From NCBI GenBank assembly GCA_030651135.1, contig JAUSCS010000006.1, forward strand, positions 522,160-586,159: a stretch of 64,000 bases of DNA. Reading direction: 5' to 3'. This document shows, in pieces, positions 8,981-17,968 of the stretch. The notes beneath the pieces are model-generated. The model made no database searches. It worked only from the letters and a program-made list of their open reading frames with translations, and was not told where the DNA came from. The DNA comes from Candidatus Woesearchaeota archaeon (lineage in GTDB: Archaea; Nanobdellota; Nanobdellia; Woesearchaeales; JACPBO01). How positions within the stretch are numbered: position 1 is the first letter of the stretch; every line of letters starts with the position of its first letter. The position numbers were made by a program, and so were the translations under genes.

Positions 8981-9226
8981 AAAAACACCACCACTGACGC
9001 AGATGCGACAGGGGTTGCTCCCCAAGTTTTTAGCAAAAACTTGGCAAAAACATATGAGGCATAAAGCCTCATGCCACGACCAGATTGTTTTGAATGCTAG
9101 TCGTGGCGTGGAGCTTCATGCTCCACATTGCGTGCCAACTGAGCGTAACCAGTTGCGGGGTGTCGCATAGGGCAAAGCGAACATAGTGAGCTTTGACCGT
9201 CTGCTGTCAGTTGTGGTGGTGTTTTT
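8981..9226. ncRNA. GC-rich, highly structured RNA candidate of unknown family
   Basis: Terminal helix CACCACCACTGACGCAGA / TCTGCTGTCAGTTGTGGTGGTG. Nested helix ATGCGACA / TGTCGCAT. At least five internal hairpins (GGGGTTGCTCCCC; AAGTTTTT-AGC-AAAAACTT; ATGAGGC-ATAAA-GCCTCAT; GTGGAGC-TTCAT-GCTCCAC; CAACTG-AGCGTAA-CCAGTTG). GC content far above the local background. Confidence 0.4.
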
Positions 9227-9259
9227 CAGAGCATCATAATCAACAAATTTACTTGACAG

Positions 9260-9332
9260 GGGCTCATGGTCTAGCAGCTATGACGTCGCTCTCACTAAGC
9301 GGAGATCGGGAGTGCAAGTCTCCCTGGGCCCA
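9260..9332 (+). tRNA. tRNA-like gene, anticodon CAC (Val) with atypical T-loop (G at position 55) and D-loop lacking GG
   Basis: Cloverleaf: acceptor GGGCTCA/TGGGCCC (identical to tRNA-Val-TAC at 62494), anticodon stem TCGCT/AGCGG, loop CTCACTA, T-arm GGGAG-TGCAAGT-CTCCC. Confidence 0.5.
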
Positions 9333-9355
9333 TCATTGTTTTTTAAATTAGAAGA

Positions 9356-10405
9356 TTAGGAATTAATTGTCTCAAGAATTTTGTCTTTTTTATTAAGTAA
9401 AAAAGGATATCTCTCGGCATACAGATTAATATTCGCCTGTACTACTTTTTCATAAATATTATGATCGCCAACCCCAAGATAATTTATTTCAGTTCTCAAT
9501 TCTTTTATTAAATTTTTAAATATTTTTTTTTGAGAAGGACTTAATTCCTTATCATTCGAATCATAAACTATAAAACTAATCGCCCTTATAGCATCTGCAA
9601 TAATAGCGGCATTCTCGTCATATAGTTCTTTTTCTTTTCCGCAATCAACTATATCCTTTAATGGTTTGATTAAAGAGATGTTATGAATTTTCTCCTTTTC
9701 TTCAAGCGCCATTAAAATCCTCTCTAACCCGAAAGCAGCTGCTATGACTTCATTTTTTGTCAAACTGATATTGTTTTGCCCATTAAAAATATATTTATAA
9801 TTTAATTGAGAAGCAATTTCAACATATCTTCCATCAACCATTTTATAATAGATTTCAAAACCCGGTCCGCCAGCACAATTTGGTATTCTTGCAATGAAAA
9901 GATTTCGCCTTCCTTTTGTTGGGATTACCTGAGCTTCTCCTAGTAGATTTTTCCAAACATTGGCTATTTTTCTAGTCTCCTGCGAAGTGATGTGGACGTC
10001 ATCAATTTTGCAGTCTTCCAGATAAGTAACTAAGAGTTTATCTTTTTTAAGTCCAAGGACATTCGTTATTAATTCATAAATTTCTTGCGTATTCTTTTCA
10101 AAATTGAGCATATCGGGATTTCCAACCTGTGTAAATTCCATCATTTCAAAGAAGCTTAAATGCCTGTTGCTAATGCCTATTTTTGAAGAATCTGTCTCGC
10201 GCAAACAGCGTTCTGCAAGTGAAAAAGTAATTGGCGGTCTAGGGCATTCATCGCGCAGTATAGGATCGACTATATGATGGCCTGCACTGGGGTTAAATTT
10301 TCCATAACCGCCTCTGGCGTAAAGCAGGCCTACAGATTTTTCTAAAGGATAACCTGACTTTTCTGCAAAGTCAATTACATTTTTGATAATGTTTTTACTA
10401 TTCAT
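9356..10405 (-). CDS. stand-alone class-II aaRS catalytic-core paralog, AlaRS-like
   Basis: [27 protein letters not shown] aligns with the window's AlaRS [34 protein letters not shown] matches motif-3 GMGLER. 349 aa, no tRNA-binding or editing domain. Confidence 0.6.
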   Translation of the reverse strand: [349 protein letters not shown]

Positions 10406-10500
10406 AAGTTATAAAATATTATGCACTTTATTAAATTTATTTGTTGCTTTTCTACAAACAAATAGAAAAATTTAAATAAGGAGCGGTTTTAGATGCCAAA

Positions 10501-11232
10501 ATGGAAGAAATATTCAAGGAATTAGGACTTTCTGATAAGGAAATAAAAGCTTATTTGAAACTCTTAGAGCTTGGGCAAGCGACAACACAGAGGCTTTCAG
10601 AGGTTACAGCAATCAACAGAATAACACTTTATGATATTCTAAGATATCTGATAGAAAAAGGTTTTGTTGGTTATACAATCATTGATAAGGTCAAATATTT
10701 TTATGCAACACCGCCAAGAAATGTGCTAAATATGCTTAAAGAAAAAGAAAGAAAATTTGTTTCTATTCTACCTGAACTAGAGTCAAAGATGGAAATTATA
10801 GGCAAAAGACCAACTTTTCAATTATTCGAAGGAAAGGAAGGCATAAATACAGTAAATGAAGATGTCCTTAGAGAAAAAAACGAGATCCTTGCCTATGGTT
10901 CTTCCCAAATCATAAATAAAATCATAAAATATCAGGCAATAGATTTCATGAAAAAAAGGATAAAAAATAAAATTAAATGGAAAGGAATAAGTGATTCTGG
11001 TTTTAAAGAGCATATTTTTTTTGAAAAACCAGAGTATAAAAAAATAACTGTATTAAAAGTTGACGATTCATTTAAAAATATTGGAACATGGAATTACATT
11101 TACAACAATAAAATTGCAATTTTATCATTTAATAAAGAAAATTTTGTTGGAATTATAATCGAGGATGAAACTATAAATAAAACAGCAAAGTTAATTTTTG
11201 AAAAACTGTGGAAGCAAGCTAAAAAATCTTAA
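10501..11232 (+). CDS. TrmB-family transcriptional regulator
   Basis: N-terminal wHTH LSDKEIKAYLKLLELGQATTQRLSEVTAINRITLYDILRYLIEKGFV. Confidence 0.7.
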   Translation: MEEIFKELGLSDKEIKAYLKLLELGQATTQRLSEVTAINRITLYDILRYLIEKGFVGYTIIDKVKYFYATPPRNVLNMLKEKERKFVSILPELESKMEIIGKRPTFQLFEGKEGINTVNEDVLREKNEILAYGSSQIINKIIKYQAIDFMKKRIKNKIKWKGISDSGFKEHIFFEKPEYKKITVLKVDDSFKNIGTWNYIYNNKIAILSFNKENFVGIIIEDETINKTAKLIFEKLWKQAKKS

Positions 11233-11239
11233 TTATAGA

Positions 11240-12412
11240 ATGATCCAAAAAACAAGCTTTTATTCATGGAAAACAGGCAATCTGGCAAAAGGCTGCAGGC
11301 TTTGCGTAGAAGGATCTAAATTAGTTTTATTTGCAACTGGGCTTTGCCCCAGAAGCTGCTTTTACTGCCCTTTATCAGAGCAGAAAAAGAACAAAGATGT
11401 TGTTTATGCAGATGAGTGGAAGATCGAAAAAGACAGAGACATAATTGCAGAAGCAAAATCAATAAGCGCAAAAGGAGCTTCTTTGACTGGAGGCGATCCG
11501 TTCATAGTTTTAAACAGAAGCATTAAATACATTAAATTATTAAAAAAAGCCTTTGGAAAGAAATTTCATATACATCTTTACACACTTCCTGAATTATTAA
11601 CGCTCAATAAATTAAAAAAATTCTATAATGCGGGTTTGGACGAGATAAGGCTGCATCCTGATATTTTCAACAGGAAGAATTGGAATAAAATAGATTTAGT
11701 CAAGAAATTTAAATGGCAGATTGGAGTTGAAATTCCAGTCATTCCCGGTCACAAAAAGAAAATCATGGAACTGATTGATTATTTTGCGGATAAAATCAAT
11801 TTTTTAAATCTAAATGAACTGGAAATATCAGACACAAATGCAGACAAATTATTGAAAATGGGCTTTAGGTGCAAAGACGAAGTTTCTTATGGAATAAAAG
11901 GAAGCGAAGAGCTGGCTTTTGAATTATTAAAACACATCAGTAAAAAACATCCAAAGCCGAATGTCCATTACTGCACTGCAACTTTAAAGGACAAAGTTCA
12001 GTTGGCAAACAGGATAAAAAGAAGGGCAAAAAACACTGCAAAAGCTTATGACATTGTCAGTGAAGAAGGCATGCTGATCAGGGGCGCTGTTTATTTGCCT
12101 GATTTAAAGCCAGGATTTAGTTATAGAAAAAGATTGGAAAATATTTTAAAAAATAAAAAAATTAAAAATAAGCTTATAAAGAAATTAAACACAATAAAAA
12201 ATAATTTAAAAAAAGACTTTAAAATAAAAAACAGCTTAATAGATATTGACGAGCAGAAATTAAGGATATTGGCATCAATGAAAATAATTGATAAAATAAA
12301 AAATAAAATAATATTGAAAGGCCTCTGCCCGGCAATTGTTGAAGAATATCCTACATGGGATCAGACTGAAATAGATATCGAGTTTTTGCGCAATAAAGCA
12401 AAAACTATTTAA
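11240..12412 (+). CDS. radical SAM domain protein (pyruvate formate-lyase-activase-related, COG2108-like)
   Basis: CPRSCFYC = CxxxCxxC, TGGDPF. ATG at 11240 is in frame and avoids overlap with the upstream gene (track start 11198). Confidence 0.65.
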   Translation: MIQKTSFYSWKTGNLAKGCRLCVEGSKLVLFATGLCPRSCFYCPLSEQKKNKDVVYADEWKIEKDRDIIAEAKSISAKGASLTGGDPFIVLNRSIKYIKLLKKAFGKKFHIHLYTLPELLTLNKLKKFYNAGLDEIRLHPDIFNRKNWNKIDLVKKFKWQIGVEIPVIPGHKKKIMELIDYFADKINFLNLNELEISDTNADKLLKMGFRCKDEVSYGIKGSEELAFELLKHISKKHPKPNVHYCTATLKDKVQLANRIKRRAKNTAKAYDIVSEEGMLIRGAVYLPDLKPGFSYRKRLENILKNKKIKNKLIKKLNTIKNNLKKDFKIKNSLIDIDEQKLRILASMKIIDKIKNKIILKGLCPAIVEEYPTWDQTEIDIEFLRNKAKTI

Positions 12413-12434
12413 ATTATAAGAATAAAGAAACAGC

Positions 12435-12707
12435 ATGATCATCACAATCAACACGAAAGACGACTCGCACGAGGATATAAGGAAAGTGATAAGGATGCTG
12501 CAGCATCTTTTAGGAGAGCATGAAACATTCACGAACAGGAATATATTTGATTCTCCCTCTCCAAGTTTGGATCCGCATCAGCCAACAAGCGCTTTTGGAG
12601 CAATGTTTGGCAGTGAAAACACAGCATTAACTGATTCATCCGCAGCTGAAATCAAAGAAAAAAAAGACGATGAAGAAACTCCTGAGGTAATCGTTTATGA
12701 CTATTGA
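12435..12707 (+). CDS. hypothetical protein
   Basis: 90 aa, acidic C-terminus. Overlaps the next ORF by 11 nt. Confidence 0.3.
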   Translation: MIITINTKDDSHEDIRKVIRMLQHLLGEHETFTNRNIFDSPSPSLDPHQPTSAFGAMFGSENTALTDSSAAEIKEKKDDEETPEVIVYDY

Positions 12708-13122
12708 GCAGGAAGAGCCGGAGTATTTTTCAGCAAAAGACCTTGTGAGGTCGTTTTTTGGCTCTTTATTTTTCGGATTTGCATTCATCTTCAGCAAGGC
12801 ATTGATTGATTTAAGCGCAACATTGGATAAGATTCATATCGTCCTGATTCTGCTTTCGACTTTTCTGCTCCTCACATTTGAGATATACTTCATCGGTTAC
12901 CAGAGGGTAAGCGACAGGAAAAGAAGGCCGTTCTGGGAGTTCTGGCTCAAAAGATTCGCAACATTCTACGTAATAACTGTCTTGGTTTCGCTCTATCTTG
13001 TTTATATTTACAATTTTCAGGTTTATCTGACAACATACATGGAAATAATAAAGCTCGTAGTTGCAGTTTCACTGCCCTGCGCAACAGGCGCTGCAATCGC
13101 AGACTTATTGAAAAAATACTAA
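12697..13122 (+). CDS. membrane protein, hypothetical
   Basis: 141 aa with multiple hydrophobic segments. Confidence 0.45.
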   Translation: MTIEQEEPEYFSAKDLVRSFFGSLFFGFAFIFSKALIDLSATLDKIHIVLILLSTFLLLTFEIYFIGYQRVSDRKRRPFWEFWLKRFATFYVITVLVSLYLVYIYNFQVYLTTYMEIIKLVVAVSLPCATGAAIADLLKKY

Positions 13123-13146
13123 GGTTTTTATATCGAGCTTTTTTCT

Positions 13147-13566
13147 TTGTCTTTTATGGAAAAATACAAATTTTTTGAGCACACAGCAGATGCAAAATTC
13201 CAGGCATACGGCAAAACTCTTGAAGAAGCATTCTCGAATGCAGCCTTAGCCATGTTTTCTGTGATGACAGACATCAAAAAAATAAAGCCAAAGATAAAAA
13301 AAGAAATAAGTGTTGAAGGAATAGACCAAAAGCAGCTTCTTTATAATTTTCTGGAAGAATTCTTGTTTTTAATGGATACAGAATTTTTGCTGTTAAGCAA
13401 TGTTGAAAAGATAAAGATAAACGCCAATAAATTAACTGCAACAGCCTTTTTTGACAAAGCAGAAAACTACGAAACCCATGGTGATGTAAAAGCAGTTACA
13501 TACCAGGAAATGGAGATAAATCAGGAAAAAGACAAGGTCATGGTGCAGGTTGTTGTGGACATATAA
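13147..13566 (+). CDS. archease (RtcB cofactor)
   Basis: FEHTADAKFQAYG signature. Sits immediately upstream of rtcB. Confidence 0.8.
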   Translation: MSFMEKYKFFEHTADAKFQAYGKTLEEAFSNAALAMFSVMTDIKKIKPKIKKEISVEGIDQKQLLYNFLEEFLFLMDTEFLLLSNVEKIKINANKLTATAFFDKAENYETHGDVKAVTYQEMEINQEKDKVMVQVVVDI

Positions 13567-13607
13567 TCTTAGCAAACTATTTAAACTGATTAAATTTACC
13601 CTTCTTT

Positions 13608-16538
13608 ATGGAGCTAAAAAAAATAAACGAATTTACGTGGCAGATACCGAAAACAGGCAACATGAAGGTTCCTGCAATAATCTATGCTTCAGAGAAGCTG
13701 ATAGAGAAGATAAAGCAGGACTTGACATTAAAGCAGTCGGAGAATGTTGCAGCATTGAAAGGGATCCAGACAGCATCATATACAATGCCAGATGCTCATC
13801 AAGGATATGGGTTTCCTATCGGTGGTGTTGCTGCGTTCGACATGGATGAAGGCATTATAAGCCCTGGCGGTGTTGGTTATGATATTAATTGTTTAACGGA
13901 AGATGCAAGAATATTGACTGAGCAAGGATATTTCAAAGAAATAAGAGAGTTCGAACATGATTTTATAGAAGTTGAGAACCTTAATTCAAAATATGCCTTG
14001 AAATCAAAAATGTGCCAATTAAAGGTAATTTCATTTGACTCTTCCCAAAATTGTTTTTCTTCCAAACAAGTTAATTATTTTATGAAGAAAAAACATTTTG
14101 GTTCAATTGTCAACATCAAAACTAAATTAGGATATGCCATTCAGTTAACAGAAGAACACCCGATATTATCAAAGTCAGGTATGATTGAATCTAAACTATT
14201 AAATCAAGGAGAACAAATAGCAATAAATCCTTTTGAAGGGGTTGAGTTTGAAAAGACTAAAGAGGATTTTATTTTAGCCACAGAAAATGAATTTGAAAAA
14301 AAACAGAGAGAAGAACTAATAAAAAGGGAGATTTTACCATTAAGATTAACTAATAGTAAGCTTCCAATCATAACAAAATTGTTCGGATATTTGCTAGGAG
14401 ATGGAAGTATCTATATAAGCAATGGCAAGGGAAGGATATGCGCATTTGGTCAGAAAGAAGATCTTTTGGAAGTAAAAAGCGATTTTGAAAAACTTGGATT
14501 TTCTGCAAGGATTTATGGTAGAACAAGAGAACACACTATTGAAACTCAATATGGGAAAAAAATATTTTCAGCTAAAAATTATGAATTGCATGTATCTTCT
14601 ATAGCATTAACCAATTTATTCTTTAAATTGGGGTACCCTAAAGGAATAAAAACTTCAACTAAATTTTTAATACCTAGCTGGATAGTAGGGAGCCCTAAAT
14701 GGATGAAGCGATTGTTTATATCAGCCCTATTTGGAGCAGAGTTATCTAGCCCAAGAACCCATACAAAAACAGGTTTCGATTGCCCTGTCCTATCAATAAA
14801 TAAAATAGAAAATCGAGTAGAAAATGGAAGAGAATTTTGCATCCAATTGATGAATTTGCTTGAAGAATTTGAAGTAAAAACAGATAAAATAATTGAAAGA
14901 AAAGAATATAAAAACAAACAAGGAGTGACCTACAGGATAAGACTTCAAATTTCTTCAGAAGAAGATAATCTGATTAAGCTTTGGTCAAAGATTGGTTTTT
15001 CCTATAATCGAAAGAGAGATATTCTGTCCAAAATAGCAATACTGTACATTAAAGAAAAAAAGAACCTTGCTGGAATACGATCAGAAATTGCTGTCAAGGT
15101 AAAAGATTTTAAGAAGAAAGGGTTAAAGCTCAAAGAAGTCCAAAATTTATTAAAAAATGAATATGTGAATGATCGCTTTATAGAACGACATTATTACGAA
15201 AACGCAGGACAGAGAATTTCTTTAAATTTCATATCCTTCGAAGAATTCAAAAGATTGAAATTAAATGAATTTGAAAAATATGGCTTATTTTTTGATTTTG
15301 TCATTTCTGTTTCAAAAGTACCATATGAAGGAGATGTGTACGATCTAAATATAGATAAAACACATAATTTTGTAGCAAATAATATCATAGTTTCGAATTG
15401 CGGCGTCAGACTATTAGCAACAGACTGGGCTGAAAAAGACATTGCTGCAAAAAGAAAAGAATTGCTTAATGAGATCTTCAAAGAAGTCCCTGCAGGAGTT
15501 GGAAAGTCAGGAATCACAAAATTAAGCAAAGATATTTTGATGGAAATTCTGAAGAAAGGCGCAAGATGGGCTTTAGAGCAGGGTTATGGGACAAAAGAAG
15601 ATCTGGAAAGAACAGAAGAAAACGGCTGCATGAAGGCTGCTGATCCAGGCACAGTTTCTCAAAGAGCTTTAGAAAGGGGAATGCCGCAGTTGGGAACATT
15701 AGGAAGCGGAAATCATTTTCTGGAAATACAGAAAGTTGATCAAATCTATGACATAGAAACTGCAAAAGATTTTGGAATAACTGAAAAAGGCCAGATAACT
15801 GTTATGATACACTGCGGATCCAGAGGATTGGGGCATCAGGTTGCTTCTGATTATATCAAGGAAATGGAAGAAAAGCACGGGATAAAAGATCTGCCGGACA
15901 GGGAACTAGTTAATGCTCCTATTAATTCAGAAACAGGCCAGAGATACTATAAGGCAATGTGCTGCGCAATAAATTATGCTTTTGCAAACAGGCAGATGAT
16001 AGAGCACTGGACAAGGGATGTTTTCAATAGAATAATGGGCAGCTCAGATGGGATGAAGCAAGTTTATGATGTCTGCCACAATCTTGCTAAATTTGAAAGG
16101 CACAATGTTGATGGAAAGCAGAAATTAGTCTGCGTTCACAGAAAAGGCGCAACCAGAAGCTTTGGTCCAGGAAGAGAGGAGATTCCTGATGTTTACAGAA
16201 GCATTGGACAGCCGGTGATAATCCCTGGATCAATGGGAACTGCTTCGTATTTATTGGTTGGAACGAAAAAAGCAGAGGAGATCTCCTGGGGATCAACAGC
16301 CCACGGCGCAGGAAGAGTTGCATCAAGGAGTGAAGGATTAAGAACATTAAGAGGAGAGCAGGTTGCGCATGATCTTGAAAAGAAAGGCATAGAAGTCAAG
16401 GCAACATCATGGAAAGGGATCGCAGAAGAAGCTCCCCAGATGTACAAGGACATTGATGAAGTTGTCAGAGTTTCTCATGCGCTTGGGATCGGGAATATGG
16501 TCGTAAGATTAGTGCCGTTGGCAGTGATGAAAGGCTAG
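13608..16538 (+). CDS. rtcB: tRNA-splicing ligase RtcB, intein-containing
   Basis: Extein motifs PDAHQGYGFPIGGV and GGVGYDIN|CGVRLL are split by a 503-aa insertion. The extein total of 473 aa is normal for RtcB. Confidence 0.9.
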   Translation: MELKKINEFTWQIPKTGNMKVPAIIYASEKLIEKIKQDLTLKQSENVAALKGIQTASYTMPDAHQGYGFPIGGVAAFDMDEGIISPGGVGYDINCLTEDARILTEQGYFKEIREFEHDFIEVENLNSKYALKSKMCQLKVISFDSSQNCFSSKQVNYFMKKKHFGSIVNIKTKLGYAIQLTEEHPILSKSGMIESKLLNQGEQIAINPFEGVEFEKTKEDFILATENEFEKKQREELIKREILPLRLTNSKLPIITKLFGYLLGDGSIYISNGKGRICAFGQKEDLLEVKSDFEKLGFSARIYGRTREHTIETQYGKKIFSAKNYELHVSSIALTNLFFKLGYPKGIKTSTKFLIPSWIVGSPKWMKRLFISALFGAELSSPRTHTKTGFDCPVLSINKIENRVENGREFCIQLMNLLEEFEVKTDKIIERKEYKNKQGVTYRIRLQISSEEDNLIKLWSKIGFSYNRKRDILSKIAILYIKEKKNLAGIRSEIAVKVKDFKKKGLKLKEVQNLLKNEYVNDRFIERHYYENAGQRISLNFISFEEFKRLKLNEFEKYGLFFDFVISVSKVPYEGDVYDLNIDKTHNFVANNIIVSNCGVRLLATDWAEKDIAAKRKELLNEIFKEVPAGVGKSGITKLSKDILMEILKKGARWALEQGYGTKEDLERTEENGCMKAADPGTVSQRALERGMPQLGTLGSGNHFLEIQKVDQIYDIETAKDFGITEKGQITVMIHCGSRGLGHQVASDYIKEMEEKHGIKDLPDRELVNAPINSETGQRYYKAMCCAINYAFANRQMIEHWTRDVFNRIMGSSDGMKQVYDVCHNLAKFERHNVDGKQKLVCVHRKGATRSFGPGREEIPDVYRSIGQPVIIPGSMGTASYLLVGTKKAEEISWGSTAHGAGRVASRSEGLRTLRGEQVAHDLEKKGIEVKATSWKGIAEEAPQMYKDIDEVVRVSHALGIGNMVVRLVPLAVMKG
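13890..15398 (+). mobile_element. intein with LAGLIDADG homing-endonuclease domain inside rtcB
   Basis: Begins at Cys (CLTEDARIL) right after GYDIN. Ends ...VANNIIVSN before the C-extein CGVR. LAGLIDADG blocks LFGYLLGDGSIY and LFISALFGAE. Confidence 0.8.
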
Positions 16539-16539
16539 A
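16505..16539 (+). repeat. 35-bp direct repeat copy 1 (3' end of rtcB)
   Basis: AGATTAGTGCCGTTGGCAGTGATGAAAGGCTAGAG. Second copy at 17846..17880 with one mismatch. Confidence 0.8.
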
Positions 16540-17335
16540 GCTGCTTCGCTTTAACATTTTTTCTATAAATGAAGACAATAGAAACCAGATATCCGAAGTA
16601 AGAAATAATTTCTAACAACGAAGGATCTCCATTATATCCGAACAGTGATTTCAAAATACTCCCAAAATTGCCATTCTCGTTTATGATGTTGTTCGTATTC
16701 CAAACATGTTCAATTGTAATGGGCAACAAGCTTGCTTCTTGAAACTCATGAACGCCATGCGCAATAAGACCGGCTGCAAATAATGTAAGCAGAATGCTCG
16801 TTATATTGAAAAATAACTTCAAATTGATCCGTTTTATGCTGAAGAAAAACAAATAACCCAAAATTAATGCGCTGACAATTCCGATTAAGGCCCCTATGAG
16901 ATTGTTCTCTTTACTGACAAAATTAGCTGCTCCGAGAAAAATAACAGTTTCAACACCCTCTCTTAATACTGCAACCAGGCTAAGAAAGAACAATCCAAGC
17001 TCATGCTCCATCTCCACCTTTTTGGATACTTTCTCTCTTATCTCCTTAACATGGCTCTTTTTCATCATCCAAAATATCATATAAGTCAGTAGAATCGCAG
17101 CTGCAAACATTGATATGCCTTCAAATATCTGCTCAGCTTTGCCTTCAAATTCCCCAATAAAAAACTTAAAAATAAATGCAGTTATAACGCTTAAAACCAA
17201 ACCAGAAATCACCCCAAACCATACAAATTTAGCATAGTCTTTCCTTTTTATTTCATAAAGATATGCGAGAATTATTCCTATAACCAATACTACTTCTAAA
17301 GTTTCCCTGAATGTTATTATTGCGCTGGTTAGCAT
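16535..17335 (-). CDS. FTR1-family high-affinity iron permease
   Basis: Two RExxE motifs (RETLEVV, REGVETV) and multiple TM segments. Start set at the internal Met (MLTSAII) to avoid overlap with the regulator gene. Confidence 0.8.
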   Translation of the reverse strand: MLTSAIITFRETLEVVLVIGIILAYLYEIKRKDYAKFVWFGVISGLVLSVITAFIFKFFIGEFEGKAEQIFEGISMFAAAILLTYMIFWMMKKSHVKEIREKVSKKVEMEHELGLFFLSLVAVLREGVETVIFLGAANFVSKENNLIGALIGIVSALILGYLFFFSIKRINLKLFFNITSILLTLFAAGLIAHGVHEFQEASLLPITIEHVWNTNNIINENGNFGSILKSLFGYNGDPSLLEIISYFGYLVSIVFIYRKNVKAKQL

Positions 17336-17739
17336 TGGATTCGCACCTTTATTGGCTTCCCATGGGGGCAATAAGCTGGGTTTTTCATAATTAAGCTCAT
17401 CTTTTTAACAGCCAAGTCAGATAATGCATGCTCTATCTTGTTTGCTTCATTATGCACCTGGCTTAATTTTAAGCCCAGTATCTTGCTTAAAAATAATTCA
17501 ATAATCCTGTGTTTGTATGTTAATTGCCTGCCTTCAATCAATCCTTTTTTTGTTAGCTTTAAAGGCCCGTATGGCTTTACAGAGATTAATTTATATTTTG
17601 ACAGCTTGCTTAACATCTCAGAAACACTGGCTTTTGATATATTCAGGTATTTTGCCAGATCAATGGATCTGACCTCTCCTTTAGACTCCTCGCTAAGATG
17701 GTATGCTGCCCTGATATAATCTTCTTTTGAAAAGTTCAT
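17329..17739 (-). CDS. DtxR/MntR-family metal-dependent transcriptional repressor
   Basis: N-terminal HTH (IRAAYHLSEE...SIDLAKYLNISKASVSEMLSKL) and metal-binding region. Confidence 0.8.
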   Translation of the reverse strand: MNFSKEDYIRAAYHLSEESKGEVRSIDLAKYLNISKASVSEMLSKLSKYKLISVKPYGPLKLTKKGLIEGRQLTYKHRIIELFLSKILGLKLSQVHNEANKIEHALSDLAVKKMSLIMKNPAYCPHGKPIKVRIQC

Positions 17740-17742
17740 AAA

Positions 17743-17758
17743 GTTAGGTATGCCTAAC
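17743..17758. promoter_or_regulatory. DtxR-box-like palindrome 4 nt upstream of the DtxR start
   Basis: GTTAGGTATGCCTAAC (arms GTTAGG/CCTAAC), resembling the TTAGGTTAGCCTAACCTAA iron-box consensus. Confidence 0.5.
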
Positions 17759-17845
17759 TCATATATAAATGTTGCGGTTTAAGCATGCTTTATTTTGGCA
17801 TATGAAGCTGCCAGGCTTTCACATCAGTCAGGGATATAGTTGTCA

Positions 17846-17880
17846 GATTAGTGCCGTTGGCAGTGATGAAAGGGTAGAGA
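17846..17880 (+). repeat. 35-bp direct repeat copy 2 (duplicate of rtcB 3' end)
   Basis: AGATTAGTGCCGTTGGCAGTGATGAAAGGGTAGAG. 34/35 identical to 16505..16539. Confidence 0.8.
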
Positions 17881-17968
17881 AGCCATGATTTGCTTAACTA
17901 TTGGTAAAATCTATTTTTGTACAGATCTTTAAGTAAAATTTATATATCCTATTATATATCGGTTATGT

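Noticed and set aside
8890-9170. Two small ORFs (8958..9170 +, 8890..9072 -) over the GC-rich region
   Set aside because: They overlap a highly structured, hairpin-dense segment and have odd composition. Better explained as non-coding RNA.
8981-9226. Assignment of the structured RNA to RNase P RNA or SRP RNA
   Set aside because: No AAAGUCCGGGC / ACAGAANCCGGCUUA P4 strands and no AGGUCAGG...GGAAGCAGCC helix-8 core. An SRP RNA is separately recognisable at 63723..64000.
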